NCBI GenBank assembly: GCA_027036135.1
Contig: JALVSY010000030.1
Span: 224,001 to 288,000, forward strand
Length of the DNA: 64,000 bases
Direction of reading: 5' to 3'
From: Pyrodictiaceae archaeon
Lineage (GTDB): Archaea > Thermoproteota > Thermoprotei_A > Sulfolobales > Pyrodictiaceae
Below, piece by piece: positions 52,193 to 61,845 of this stretch. A model generated the notes under the pieces. That model saw only the letters and a list, made by a program, of their open reading frames with translations, did not search any database and was not told where the DNA came from. The position numbers were made by a program, and so were the translations under genes. Each line of letters begins with the position of its first letter. The stretch's first letter is position 1.

Positions 52193-53107
52193 CTAAGCGT
52201 TATTAATGATTATATTCTTTATAGCATTATTTATCAGTTTTTCTGCTTCCTCAATTAGTTCTTCCATTCGTCTCCAGCTATTCTCGAGGCTTTTCATGAG
52301 TTCTTGTTCTTGTTGCAGCCCTAGCTCCATAATGACTTGAGCAAGTGCTTCTGTTACCAGCGTAGAGATGTTTGTATAGAACTTTCTCAGTGAGCCGCCG
52401 TATACGGCTACGTAGTCGTAGAATCTGCTTCTCTTCGAGGCCTCCACGGCTACGTAGAAACGGGTCGTGTTAAGTAAGTATGTCTCGGTCATGCTTATTG
52501 CTTTCTCTACGTGATAAATCCTTGACACTCCATTGAAGTACTTCTTAGCCCTTGGGGTCATCCTTTCTATGACTTGGTGCACGAACTCGCTCCAGTTAAT
52601 TCTTCTCTCAAACTCTAGTCTCTTGTTTAGCTTCTCCATAGCCTCGTCAGATAAGACATTGGTGATCTCTTTGAAATGCTTGTGGAGATTCTCGAAGAGG
52701 TTTGAGGGAGGCAGCGGAAAACTTATTCTCATAGAACCAAGTATTCTCAAGCGAATATCGTGTAGATCTATGCGGATCCCTCTAAGAACAGTGTCAGGAT
52801 CTAACTCTATACCGAGAAGTCTAGAGGACTTAACTCTCTCAAAGAGATCATCGAGTGCGTGGTGTAGGTAGAAGAGGTGAGGCTTTGAAGCAAGTTTCTG
52901 GAGTACCTGCTTAGCATTTCTAGCAAGCTTATGCCTCCTTGCACCACCCTCGGTCATGTATGGTGGATAAGGCTCCTTAACTACGGAAATACCGATATCA
53001 TGGAGGGGGCCAGCATCAATAAGTCTTTCAACAAGCTCATCCCTTCCATAGCCGAGGATATCAGCAATTAGCCAATGAAGTCTCCAAGAAGGCATACCTC
53101 CACCCAT
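52193..53107 (-). CDS. putative metal-dependent hydrolase (MPSWxxH...D...HD...HHALD), paralogue 1
   Basis: MPSWRLH, LIDAGPLHDIG, LHHALDD. Confidence 0.7.
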   Translation of the reverse strand: MGGGMPSWRLHWLIADILGYGRDELVERLIDAGPLHDIGISVVKEPYPPYMTEGGARRHKLARNAKQVLQKLASKPHLFYLHHALDDLFERVKSSRLLGIELDPDTVLRGIRIDLHDIRLRILGSMRISFPLPPSNLFENLHKHFKEITNVLSDEAMEKLNKRLEFERRINWSEFVHQVIERMTPRAKKYFNGVSRIYHVEKAISMTETYLLNTTRFYVAVEASKRSRFYDYVAVYGGSLRKFYTNISTLVTEALAQVIMELGLQQEQELMKSLENSWRRMEELIEEAEKLINNAIKNIIINNA

Positions 53108-53350
53108 CTACCCAGAGACTCACGGGTGAGCAATTTGTGTCCCGAGAGCGCTGCTTAGTAATCTCTATTCTTTTCCATTAGATGCAGGAAGCAGCGCTCT
53201 TAAATTATAGTACTAATCGTGATCTCGCGCTTAGCGATAGACTATATAAGTGAGGTTGGTAAATATAATACAGAACTAGGGTCTTAGCATCCTATACCTC
53301 TAGCTACGACTTCATAGCATGCATCTATTAGTTTGTTTGGAGGATGAGGT

Positions 53351-54519
53351 TTGCCTAGTCACGATGGCCATAGGTTGCTTTCTATGAAGTATCTTGGTGC
53401 TCCGGGGTATGTAGTTACTGAGGTTGATAGGCTTATTGATCTAGGTCCGGTGCATGATATTGGTAGGAGGAAGCCGGGTAAGCCGCCAGCTTATCTAGAG
53501 ATAGTCGAGCAGGGAGATGTTGAGAAGCTGTACCGGGTAAGGCTTAGAGAGAACGCCGCTAGAGTGCTGGCCAGCATCTGTGAAGATGAGACGAAGGCTA
53601 GGGTATTCTTTTTCACCATGCACTAGATGTTCTGGCACAGAGGCTTTCTTCGGCCATTATTCTAGGGCTGGAGCCTAGGAAGATATGCAGGGATCTTATT
53701 GAAGGTGTTCTCTGTGACTTATCGGAAGTGGAAATAAATTTGAGGAAAATGGGCATTATTTGCCCACAAAATCCCGTGAAGAAGGTGAAAGAGGTTCTGC
53801 TCTCCTCTTGCACTGATGCAGTACTAGTTAATTGGGTAAAGGATAACATGGTCCCGAGGTACAGGAACTACAAATCCCTCGAATATATAAAAGAAAGATA
53901 CATGAACACTATACCTAGTATTTTCAAAAGTGATGCAAAGTATGGGGTTAATCTTATTTTAGGCGTTATAGCACATCTTGTTAAGTCGTCTAAACCAAGC
54001 TCCACTAACCATATACGTGAAGTAGAGCTAGAAGTTGGCAGAACGAGGTTTAAAGCCTCAATTAGCGAAGATCAAGGCGTCTTCATAAAGAGGGAGAACA
54101 TTGTTGAAGAGTATAGAAGGGAGCTGAGCAGAAGGGTTGAGACACTGAAGTTGTCGCCTTATGGTCTTGGGAGGTTAAGGAAAATAATTGTTAACCTAGC
54201 CTCACTGTACTCCGATCTCTATCACTTACCCTTTATAGAGCCCTATTGCATTAGCTTAGCTGTCGAGAGAATATTGTCTACGAGAAAGAAGAGGTACTCG
54301 CTTGCAAGTAATGTGCTAAGATGCTATAGTAGGTACTCTAGTGAAATCCTTGAGGCTAGAAGCTGTGCAGCGCGTGAAATCAATCGGGTCTTGGAGCACT
54401 ATGCCGGTGTTATTACTAGGCAGAGGCTCGAGGAAATAGGGAACAAGTTCATAGAGGCCTTGGAGGAACTCTCGGAATTCTCCGCTAGTATCGGAATAAA
54501 CGTTCTTAGCGATATGTAG
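53351..54519 (+). pseudogene. putative metal-dependent hydrolase paralogue 2, frameshift in T-run ~53609-53613
   Basis: MPSHDGH...LIDLGPVHDIG, then HHALDVL in the frame of ORF 53728-54519. Confidence 0.75.
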
Positions 54520-54568
54520 TAGAGAATTAAAAATTGTATCTCTATAAGACTATGGCGTAGACTAGTTT

Positions 54569-55597
54569 TTATTCTTTGCCTAAATAATGCTTTATGAACT
54601 CGCATAGCTCTGTATAGTTATTGAACTTTAGCCTTATTATGCTGTTGAGACAAGGGTTCTTCTCCGTTATTGAGAAATGTATGTATATGGGTTGCCCCCT
54701 TCTTACTAGGTTATAGACCCTTAGAGCTGCTACTGGTATATCTAGTTGCTTTCCTTGCCGCGGCTCTCTCGTAGAGATGCATACTACTTCGTTAAGCAAG
54801 TTTTTCCTAGCAAAGATTAGGAGAGCGTCTTTGAACGAGTCGCCGTTACAGCCTGGTATGGGCCCTTTTCTCTTGAACTCCAGGTTGAGGATTCCGTCAA
54901 TATAGATGCAGTGTCTCCTAAACGCGTTGACTATTTGTTCTGTAATGTTGATAAGATCTTTCTCGGTTGCTAGTTTGAGGTTGAATCTATTCATGTGGTT
55001 TATGTGGTTCCAGAGCTTATATTTGGTGCACTCAATAACTATGTCACACCGGGTTTGTAGTGGTCCATAATAGCTCATGCAGTCCGTGAAAATGTCCAGG
55101 GCGTAGTGCATGATTGCTAGAGTGAGGATTTCGCCTGGTATATAAATCTCGTGGGTACGGGTGTATTGGGATAATGATTTCTTATTCTTGATCGTTGTTA
55201 GGAGGTCTAGGGCAACTTTATATCTCTCCTCTCGGGAAGCATGCGTGAACACACCGTTAACCACTATGTCGCCGAACTCGGCGAAAAGCATTAGCAGCAT
55301 ACATGCAAGCGAGAAGGGCCTAGGCTTGTGCTCGACACCATGTTCGCCACATACTTTATCTGCATCAGCCATGAGATTATTGAACTCTTCAACTCCTTCA
55401 TCGCTTATTGCTCGTATCTCGGGCTCCTTACTACGGAGAAGAAGATAGACACGAATATGGGCATCCCAAGAGGGCACAAAACAACCCTCCCGAGATAGTT
55501 TTACCCTGTGCGCTATATTCTTAATGATATGCAGAGTATTAGCAGTTTCTAGATCGCAATATCCCGTGTTGCCATGATACGGGGAGAAGTAGCTCAT
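54569..55597 (-). CDS. putative metal-dependent hydrolase, paralogue 3
   Basis: VPSWDAH...MAD.....EHG...MHYALDIF. Confidence 0.6.
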   Translation of the reverse strand: MSYFSPYHGNTGYCDLETANTLHIIKNIAHRVKLSREGCFVPSWDAHIRVYLLLRSKEPEIRAISDEGVEEFNNLMADADKVCGEHGVEHKPRPFSLACMLLMLFAEFGDIVVNGVFTHASREERYKVALDLLTTIKNKKSLSQYTRTHEIYIPGEILTLAIMHYALDIFTDCMSYYGPLQTRCDIVIECTKYKLWNHINHMNRFNLKLATEKDLINITEQIVNAFRRHCIYIDGILNLEFKRKGPIPGCNGDSFKDALLIFARKNLLNEVVCISTREPRQGKQLDIPVAALRVYNLVRRGQPIYIHFSITEKNPCLNSIIRLKFNNYTELCEFIKHYLGKE

Positions 55598-55674
55598 CTA
55601 CATGCGTGAATACTACAAGGGTTAGGAATCGATTTTAGCTTCTGGAATGCATTTTCTCCCGTAGGTGCTGGTTA

Positions 55675-56613
55675 GTGGTTGAACGTAGTATAGAGGATGA
55701 GGTCATTCTTAATTGGGAACAGTTACCCGTATTCTATTGCCCGGTATGTGGCAAGAAGATAGTTGATTGGTGGGGATGGGGTGGAGAACCGCACGTTGAG
55801 CCGTGTCGTCATCTTCTGTTCATTTATTTCTGGAATAGTGGCGAATTTCTATACATAAGGAATGATTTAGCAAAGGAGTTAGAGCAACGAGGGATTAAGC
55901 TAGAGAGAACCAGTACTGGTTTTGAACCTAAAGGTGATTTCGAGGACATCTTGGTCCTTTTGAGAGAAATACTTGCATTGACAAGCTTTGCTGTATTCAC
56001 TCTTCATGCGCAGCAAGGGCCTCCGATGGCAGAGGAGTTTGTGGCTTCAATAGGCATAGAGTTTGTAGAGGAATCCGGGTATACATGGTTTGCACAAAGT
56101 ATCACTAATATCATTAATGAGAAAACTATTGTATCTCTCAGAGAACTTGTATATAGTGGGAATCCCCCTAGAGACCCCGGCAAGGCTACACGAAAGGCCC
56201 TAGAATGGGTTAATAGGCATATTATACTTGATGGTTGTGACAAGGACTCGCTTGTAGATATAGATGAGCCTCTTTATATAGTCAATGAGGGACGTGGCTC
56301 GTGCGGAGACATAGCCCTTCTCTTAGCTATTGCCCTTCTCTCAGCTGGTATTGAGCCTGTGTATATAGTCGACTACGATACTCTCAATGGCAGGTATGTA
56401 ACAGTAGCTGTGGAGATTAATGATAAGGCACTAGTATTAGATGGAGAGCCTATCGAGTGGAGCAAATACTTCAATAATGTTAACCTATTATCCGATGTAC
56501 GTGTCTACAAGATAACACTAGGCAAGGAAAAACTAGGTAAGGTAGATTATTGTAGAATTGATAAGAACAAGGTCTTGCTACGCCGCTGTAGTCCCTTCTG
56601 TGGATGCCATTGA
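55675..56613 (+). CDS. Zn-ribbon plus transglutaminase-like domain protein
   Basis: CPVCG...PC.H N-terminus; G.GSC.D.ALL...LL..GI, LVLD motifs. Confidence 0.7.
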   Translation: MVERSIEDEVILNWEQLPVFYCPVCGKKIVDWWGWGGEPHVEPCRHLLFIYFWNSGEFLYIRNDLAKELEQRGIKLERTSTGFEPKGDFEDILVLLREILALTSFAVFTLHAQQGPPMAEEFVASIGIEFVEESGYTWFAQSITNIINEKTIVSLRELVYSGNPPRDPGKATRKALEWVNRHIILDGCDKDSLVDIDEPLYIVNEGRGSCGDIALLLAIALLSAGIEPVYIVDYDTLNGRYVTVAVEINDKALVLDGEPIEWSKYFNNVNLLSDVRVYKITLGKEKLGKVDYCRIDKNKVLLRRCSPFCGCH

Positions 56614-56703
56614 TTAGCTACGAGCTATGGACCATACTGGATCGAGATAATTAGAAGGTTTTTGTGGAATCTTTTCTTCTGATTTTCTCTGGGTAGGTGT
56701 TGT

Positions 56704-56790
56704 AGGGGCCCCGAGGAGCGGATACCCCGCAGCCGAGGCTCTTCTTGCCCCTATGGGTCAGGGCGGCTCCGGACTCCTCGGGGATCCCCT
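56704..56790 (-). ncRNA. putative structured RNA, three-way junction (copy 2)
   Basis: P1 CCCCGAGGAG/CUCCUCGGGG, P2 CGGA/UCCG, two hairpins linked by AAGAAGAG; AT-rich TATA-like tract ~27 nt upstream on the minus strand. Confidence 0.6.
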
Positions 56791-56903
56791 TATACATTTA
56801 TTGCTCCGGGTATTACTATATTTTTCTTTTAATTGTTAAATATTTGTTTAATTCTGTCGCCGATTCTCTATTTTAATTGATACCCCGCAGCCGAGGTGAT
56901 AGT

Positions 56904-57920
56904 ATGGGTCATGTATTTCCTGGCCTAGGTAAATCATGTTCCGAACTTTTCAATGCCCCTATGGGTCAGGGTGGCGAGGAGGCTGGGGCGCGTTGTAGCA
57001 TAGGGGTGTTGGCGAGTAATGGGGATGTGCAAAGACTGTTGGGGTTTGTTGGGGTTGGGATAGTGCCTGTTATGAGGAGGGACTTTGAGTGGGCTTGTGG
57101 TATGCTGGCGTTCCTGTATGGTGATGGTATTGTGGAGCTTCGGCGTGGGGTGAGGAGTTTCCGTGTTATGGCCAGGGTCTCTACTACTAGGGCGTCGACG
57201 TTGTTTGCTGCGGCTGCGCGTTACTTGGTGTTTGCGTCGGAGGGTAGCGGGGGCAGTGTTTATTGCGGCCATGGGCTGACTAGAAGCGATATGCGGTTCG
57301 TGGTGCCGCTCGATATTGAGGCCTTAAGGTACCTTGGCTTAGGCCATCTCATGGAGGGTAAGAAGGGTGTACGTAAGGATCTCTTTACGTGCTTGGATAA
57401 CGATAAGGCGGTTATGCATGTTGCCGCGGGGCTGATAGATAGCGAGGGAAGTATATCCAAGAAGGCTTGGAGGATATACATAGGGATGAAGGATGCCGGG
57501 CTGCTAACTCGTCTAGGTAGGCGGCTGAGCGAGCTAGGTATCGAGGTGGTGCCGGCGCGGTTTCTAAGAAACGGCGTCATGATATTGGAGTTCAAGGGTA
57601 GTGAGAGGATAAGGGGTATTGTAGAGAGTGTTGTGAACCCTAGTAAGCGCGTACTAATGGCTAGGATGCTTATCGATAAGAGGACTCTGCGAAAGAAGAT
57701 CTACAGAGTGCTTGTTAACGAGGTCCGCATAGTGGCTCGGAGGCTCGATGAGCCCGTGGGGGCTGTTGAGTGCCTTGAGTGCGCGAAGACGGTGCTAAGG
57801 GAGGCCCGCGCCCTAGCCTCCGCTGGAGACATGGAAGGGGGTTGTTCTATACCCCCTTCCACCTTTGTGGCTATATTGGTTTTATTTTTGCTAGTACTGG
57901 TTTGCTTGCCCCTATCTTGA
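56904..57920 (+). CDS. free-standing double-motif LAGLIDADG homing endonuclease-like protein
   Basis: Motifs MLAFLYGDG and VAAGLIDSEGSI; ATG 56904 follows a GAGGTGA SD. Confidence 0.75.
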   Translation: MGHVFPGLGKSCSELFNAPMGQGGEEAGARCSIGVLASNGDVQRLLGFVGVGIVPVMRRDFEWACGMLAFLYGDGIVELRRGVRSFRVMARVSTTRASTLFAAAARYLVFASEGSGGSVYCGHGLTRSDMRFVVPLDIEALRYLGLGHLMEGKKGVRKDLFTCLDNDKAVMHVAAGLIDSEGSISKKAWRIYIGMKDAGLLTRLGRRLSELGIEVVPARFLRNGVMILEFKGSERIRGIVESVVNPSKRVLMARMLIDKRTLRKKIYRVLVNEVRIVARRLDEPVGAVECLECAKTVLREARALASAGDMEGGCSIPPSTFVAILVLFLLVLVCLPLS

Positions 57921-58908
57921 CTATTGCTTCCCCTGTTTCTAGGCTTAGTAGTGTCTTTGTGAGGGCTTGTTTTGCGCGTGGCTCTGGGGCTAGGTGCTCG
58001 GCTAGTCGTTTGGCTGATTCTGTGTCTGGTTGTTGGTGTGCTATGATTGTTTGTTGGTTGTGATGGAGTGGTGTTGGGTGGCTTGTTAGTGTTATGAGGC
58101 GTATGTTTTTCTTCCTTGCTTCGAGGAGGAGTTGTTCGAGTGGGGTTCCTGGCTGGGCTGTGTGGTGTGCTTCCTCTACTGCTAGGTAGAGTAGTGTTGT
58201 TGCTTGCTTGTTGGCTTGGAGGTGTGTGGCTAGTAGCTGGGTGTAGGTCTTTTTCTGGCTTGGTGTGAGGCCTGAGAGGTCTATTGTGTATATTTTGCCT
58301 GGCTGGGGGCTCGCTGGGTCTAGTTTCTTGTCTGGGCCTGGTTCTAGTTGCTCTAGTACTGGTTGTAGTGCCCATAGCCTCCTTAGTAGCGCGTGTGTGC
58401 TTGTCCTGGTGTCTGCTCTTGGTGTGTTCTCTGCTAGTTTCTCTAGCTCCTCTACTAGGCTTCTTACCCGCCTCCTTGTCCTGGCAAGGGTCTTTGCTAG
58501 TAGCTGGGCCATTAGGGGGCTTAGGGAGTAGTGGTCTCCGTGGACGCGTAGCGCTGCCTCGAGGGCTTCTACGACGCGGCGGGGATCGGGGTAGTTGAGC
58601 ACGGGGACCCTTACCTGCCACGGCTCTAGGGCGTGGCTCGCTATGTCGCTGTGCTCTCCCTCCCAGTCGAGGACCAGGACCGCGGCGCCTTGGCGGGCCA
58701 GGGCCCTTGCCAGGGTTTTCAAGGTGTGGGATTTGCCGCTCTCCGTCGCCCCAACTATGCCCACGTGCCCCGTGTCCCTCGGCACTAGTAGCTCGGCAGC
58801 GGCCTCCCTGCCTGGGGCCTCCACGACCCCTATGGGCTCCCCAGCGGCCACGGGGGGGCTGTGCCTAGTAGTGGCCACTCGAGGTGCCTGGGCAGCACCT
58901 TTGACCAC
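57871..58908 (-). CDS. HerA/FtsK/VirB4-like ATPase (DUF87)
   Basis: HVGIVGATESGKS, VLDWEGE, VEEAH and EARK motifs. Confidence 0.88.
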   Translation of the reverse strand: MVKGAAQAPRVATTRHSPPVAAGEPIGVVEAPGREAAAELLVPRDTGHVGIVGATESGKSHTLKTLARALARQGAAVLVLDWEGEHSDIASHALEPWQVRVPVLNYPDPRRVVEALEAALRVHGDHYSLSPLMAQLLAKTLARTRRRVRSLVEELEKLAENTPRADTRTSTHALLRRLWALQPVLEQLEPGPDKKLDPASPQPGKIYTIDLSGLTPSQKKTYTQLLATHLQANKQATTLLYLAVEEAHHTAQPGTPLEQLLLEARKKNIRLITLTSHPTPLHHNQQTIIAHQQPDTESAKRLAEHLAPEPRAKQALTKTLLSLETGEAIVKIGASKPVLAKIKPI

Positions 58909-59411
58909 GCGGGGCCGGGGCTGCGACAGGGCTCGGGGATTGGTACTCTTAGGTCCCTTATCCTGCCCTCTAGGATGTAGCAGAACACCTTGTCCGGGAT
59001 ATTGTAGCCGTCGCTGGGCTTGGCTAGGAAGCGCTTCTCCGCCTCCTCGTGTATCCTAGCCACCCGTTCCTCGACCTCCCCGGGGGACCAGGTCTCGCCG
59101 AGCACATAGCTCCTCAGCTCTAGGCAAGTGGTGCAGGCGAGGAGGCTCGGGTAATCCAGGGCAGCCGACGCGACCATTAGGTGGAGTAGGGCGCCGTGCG
59201 GGGAGCCCTGGGTGCAGCCTCTTAGGCAGAGCTCGAAGCAACCAACACTACGCCAGCCACTACAGGCACCGAGGAGCCCCGTGGCGAACACTGCCCCGAG
59301 ACCGCCCACGCCAAGAAACACGTCGAGGCCGCCGAGCCCGATGCGCAGCACAGAGCCCGGAGACGGCCACGAAGAACACGCTCCAACACATAAACAACCT
59401 CGCCGAGACAA
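58830..59411 (-). CDS. hypothetical protein upstream of (possibly fused to) the HerA-like ATPase
   Basis: Same strand, overlaps the ATPase start; start and frame uncertain. Confidence 0.4.
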   Translation of the reverse strand: MSRRGCLCVGACSSWPSPGSVLRIGLGGLDVFLGVGGLGAVFATGLLGACSGWRSVGCFELCLRGCTQGSPHGALLHLMVASAALDYPSLLACTTCLELRSYVLGETWSPGEVEERVARIHEEAEKRFLAKPSDGYNIPDKVFCYILEGRIRDLRVPIPEPCRSPGPAWSKVLPRHLEWPLLGTAPPWPLGSP

Positions 59412-59811
59412 CCCTCAACAACCAACACATCCCCACAAACAACGCCACAAACCACACCACAGACAAAGAACCCAGACAACCCCCAGCGCCCAAAACACCC
59501 CCGGGCAAAAGCCACAGGGAAGGACAGAGAGCACGCCACAACTACACACAACAGCTCAGACCCGCTGCGGCAAAGCGCACAGACACATCTATCCGATAAG
59601 GCGTCATCATAGAGGATAGTTTTCTGAGAAGGCTTGGCAAACGTGCTTCTCTTAGGACTAGCATTAGCTAGGAAAGCTTCTGAGCAGTCCTTTGGAGGGC
59701 AGTATAGCGCTGCGCATGCATATATGGTGTTATCCAGGCGTAGTAGGGTTCGGGCCTTGTTGCATTACGAATCGATCAATTCTCTTTGGATATTAGAATA
59801 GGATGTAGTGC

Positions 59812-59912
59812 GGGGCCCGAAACCCCGGGCGGCCCAGGGACGGCGTGACCGGGCTAGCTGAGCCTTGATGAGGGCTGTGTGAGCCGACCCGGCCCCCGGG
59901 GCGGGATGCCCC
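59812..59912 (+). ncRNA. putative GC-rich structured RNA
   Basis: Nested stems GGGGC/GCCCC, CCCCGGG/CCCGGGG, CCGGG/CCCGG and GCCTT/AGGGC, with CUGA and UGAUGA motifs, in intergenic DNA. Confidence 0.5.
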
Positions 59913-60182
59913 ATGTTATAATACAGGGGAGGAGCTATGTATGTTTTATCTGAGTACCTTCATTACTCATAGTGCTTTCAGTGACAGACTCTGCTGATAG
60001 AATGTTCCCTATCATGTTTGCTCTATTGCCAGGTAATTGTTTGAACGAGGCTGTTACTCCGTCTCTCTATGACTCCAGGGCACACGTGAGCTGTGGAGCT
60101 CGTTTTGCCTTTGCGTCAAGGGCCTCCCGGGAGTCTTGACGTGGAGGATTAGGTTATAGGTAGAGGCTAGGTTTCTCTGTCC

Positions 60183-60248
60183 TTAAGGACGCTCGAACTC
60201 GGCCTCGAGTAAGAACTCCTCTATCTCTTCTCTGCTCGCCTTACTCAG
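60183..60248 (-). pseudogene. remnant of the AF2212-like antitoxin C-terminus
   Basis: Reads LSKASREEIEEFLLEAEFERP*, near-identical to LGKASREEIEELLLEAEFERL* of 45166-45393. Confidence 0.75.
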
Positions 60249-60381
60249 TTAATGGGTGGGATCTGGCGGCTTATTATATCGAATATTATGTGATGTGGGT
60301 TACCTTATATGATGGCATAACGTTAAAAGATACTAGGCATAGTATATTGCTAGTCTATACTGGAGCTAATGGTGCTTAGAG

Positions 60382-60687
60382 TTGGCGACTGGTCTCTTGT
60401 ATAAGAAGGCGTCTAGGGTGCTTGGTATCCGTGAAGATGTATTGGAGAGGGAGGCTCTGCGCCAGTACATCTTATCCGAGCTTAGGCGTGTTAGGCTAGA
60501 GTCTAGGCTCATTATGGCCCGTTATGGTGTATCAAGCATTGAGGAGCTTGACGAGAAGATTAGGCGCGGAGAACTAGAGGAGTCAGAGGTCTTTGAGGAT
60601 CTTACTCGCCTCGATTATCTACTCGATCGCGAGAAGAGACTGGAGAAGCTCTTAGAGGAATTGGAAAAGGGTGAATATGTGCAATAA
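60382..60687 (+). CDS. small antitoxin-like helical protein
   Basis: RYGVSSIEELDEKI..G...E...FED...LDYL pattern common in archaeal TA neighbourhoods. Confidence 0.6.
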   Translation: MATGLLYKKASRVLGIREDVLEREALRQYILSELRRVRLESRLIMARYGVSSIEELDEKIRRGELEESEVFEDLTRLDYLLDREKRLEKLLEELEKGEYVQ

Positions 60688-60817
60688 TGTGCAATACTTT
60701 GCTTTTGATAATGCACGGAAGCGTAGCTTTTCATTGGATTAAGAGAAGGGATCTTAATAATAGTGATTATTGAAAATATAGTATCTAACATATTAGCCAA
60801 AGATTTAGTAACATAAG

Positions 60818-61843
60818 CTAAGTTTTTAGCTTCGCTATATTTAATACCTTAACTATATCTTCTAGTTTTTCTGAAAATATATTTATAACTTGTTTTTCGT
60901 ATTTGGTTCCTATAAGTCTACATAATTCGCACCGGCTATAGATGCGATACTTCTTGATTAAAGATTCTACGTCAACTTTAAGCAATTCATCTAGCACCGC
61001 ATACGGCCCTTTAATACTTAACCACCAATAGAAAGGATTTCGCCACATTCTCTTGATTATATCTAGTAACGGTTCTCTTGTAAGGTTACCGATAGTTACT
61101 ATGCGAGCAGCCTTATCTCTTATTATATGACCACAGCAAGCCATTACTGTTCCATCGGGATGTATTGCAAGCGTTGTTCCGATTTCATTGCAGGGCATTT
61201 TTAAGCGCAGAATTTGTTTATTATACTGCTTTTTATCTATATCAGGCTCGATGGAAACACCTCTACCAAATCTATATACATAGTCCTCGATTATAGTTAT
61301 ATTTTCGCTTATTATATTATTTTTCTTTAAAAGATTAATTATATACGATCTATTTATTATATCGTTTTCACTATATCTTACAACAGCTATGGCAACTCGT
61401 AGTCCTTCCTCAATTGCGGCTCTAACGGCATTTACTATATTCCTTTCTCCACCATATTTTTCAAGCCATGGCTTGTGGAAATCATCATAACTAACATTAA
61501 GCTCATTTAGGCCAGCATTTTTCAACATAGACACAAGCTTTCTTGATTGTTCGATAGTGCTAGCCCACCACGCATTAGTAACAACCCTTACATTAAAACC
61601 CTTATCATATGCATATCTTACTGCTTGAAGAAGCCTATTCAAAAACAATGTTGGTTCGCCACCACTTATAGCTATAGTATAAATCGATGGTATCTCTTCT
61701 GCATCGTCTACAGCTTTTTTAAATAATGACAGATCGATTACTGTACTATCTGATGGAGACGCTCTCATTGAGCAATGTTTACAAAAGAAATTGCACTTAT
61801 ACGTGAATATAATTGCCAGTGTACGAGGAATCATTTTAATCAC
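60818..61843 (-). CDS. radical SAM enzyme with SPASM/twitch-type C-terminus (putative peptide maturase)
   Basis: CNFFCKHC, SGGEP, VTNAWWA, SYDDFH; auxiliary Cys PC...ACCG...CELC. Confidence 0.92.
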   Translation of the reverse strand: MIKMIPRTLAIIFTYKCNFFCKHCSMRASPSDSTVIDLSLFKKAVDDAEEIPSIYTIAISGGEPTLFLNRLLQAVRYAYDKGFNVRVVTNAWWASTIEQSRKLVSMLKNAGLNELNVSYDDFHKPWLEKYGGERNIVNAVRAAIEEGLRVAIAVVRYSENDIINRSYIINLLKKNNIISENITIIEDYVYRFGRGVSIEPDIDKKQYNKQILRLKMPCNEIGTTLAIHPDGTVMACCGHIIRDKAARIVTIGNLTREPLLDIIKRMWRNPFYWWLSIKGPYAVLDELLKVDVESLIKKYRIYSRCELCRLIGTKYEKQVINIFSEKLEDIVKVLNIAKLKT

Positions 61844-61845
61844 CT

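Noticed and set aside
59356-59366. 11-nt match (cccggagacgg) to an arm of RNA copy 1
   Set aside because: Too short and GC-rich to distinguish from chance
57701-59619. Long Thr/Pro/Arg- or Val/Leu/Gly-rich ORFs (57701-58621, 59212-59619 etc.)
   Set aside because: Shadow frames produced by the compositional skew over the HerA-like gene
59812-59875. Type II hammerhead ribozyme (GCCC-GAAA ... UGAUGA-GGGC)
   Set aside because: Core reads UUGAUGA rather than CUGAUGA, and no proper stem III-NUH-stem I could be drawn
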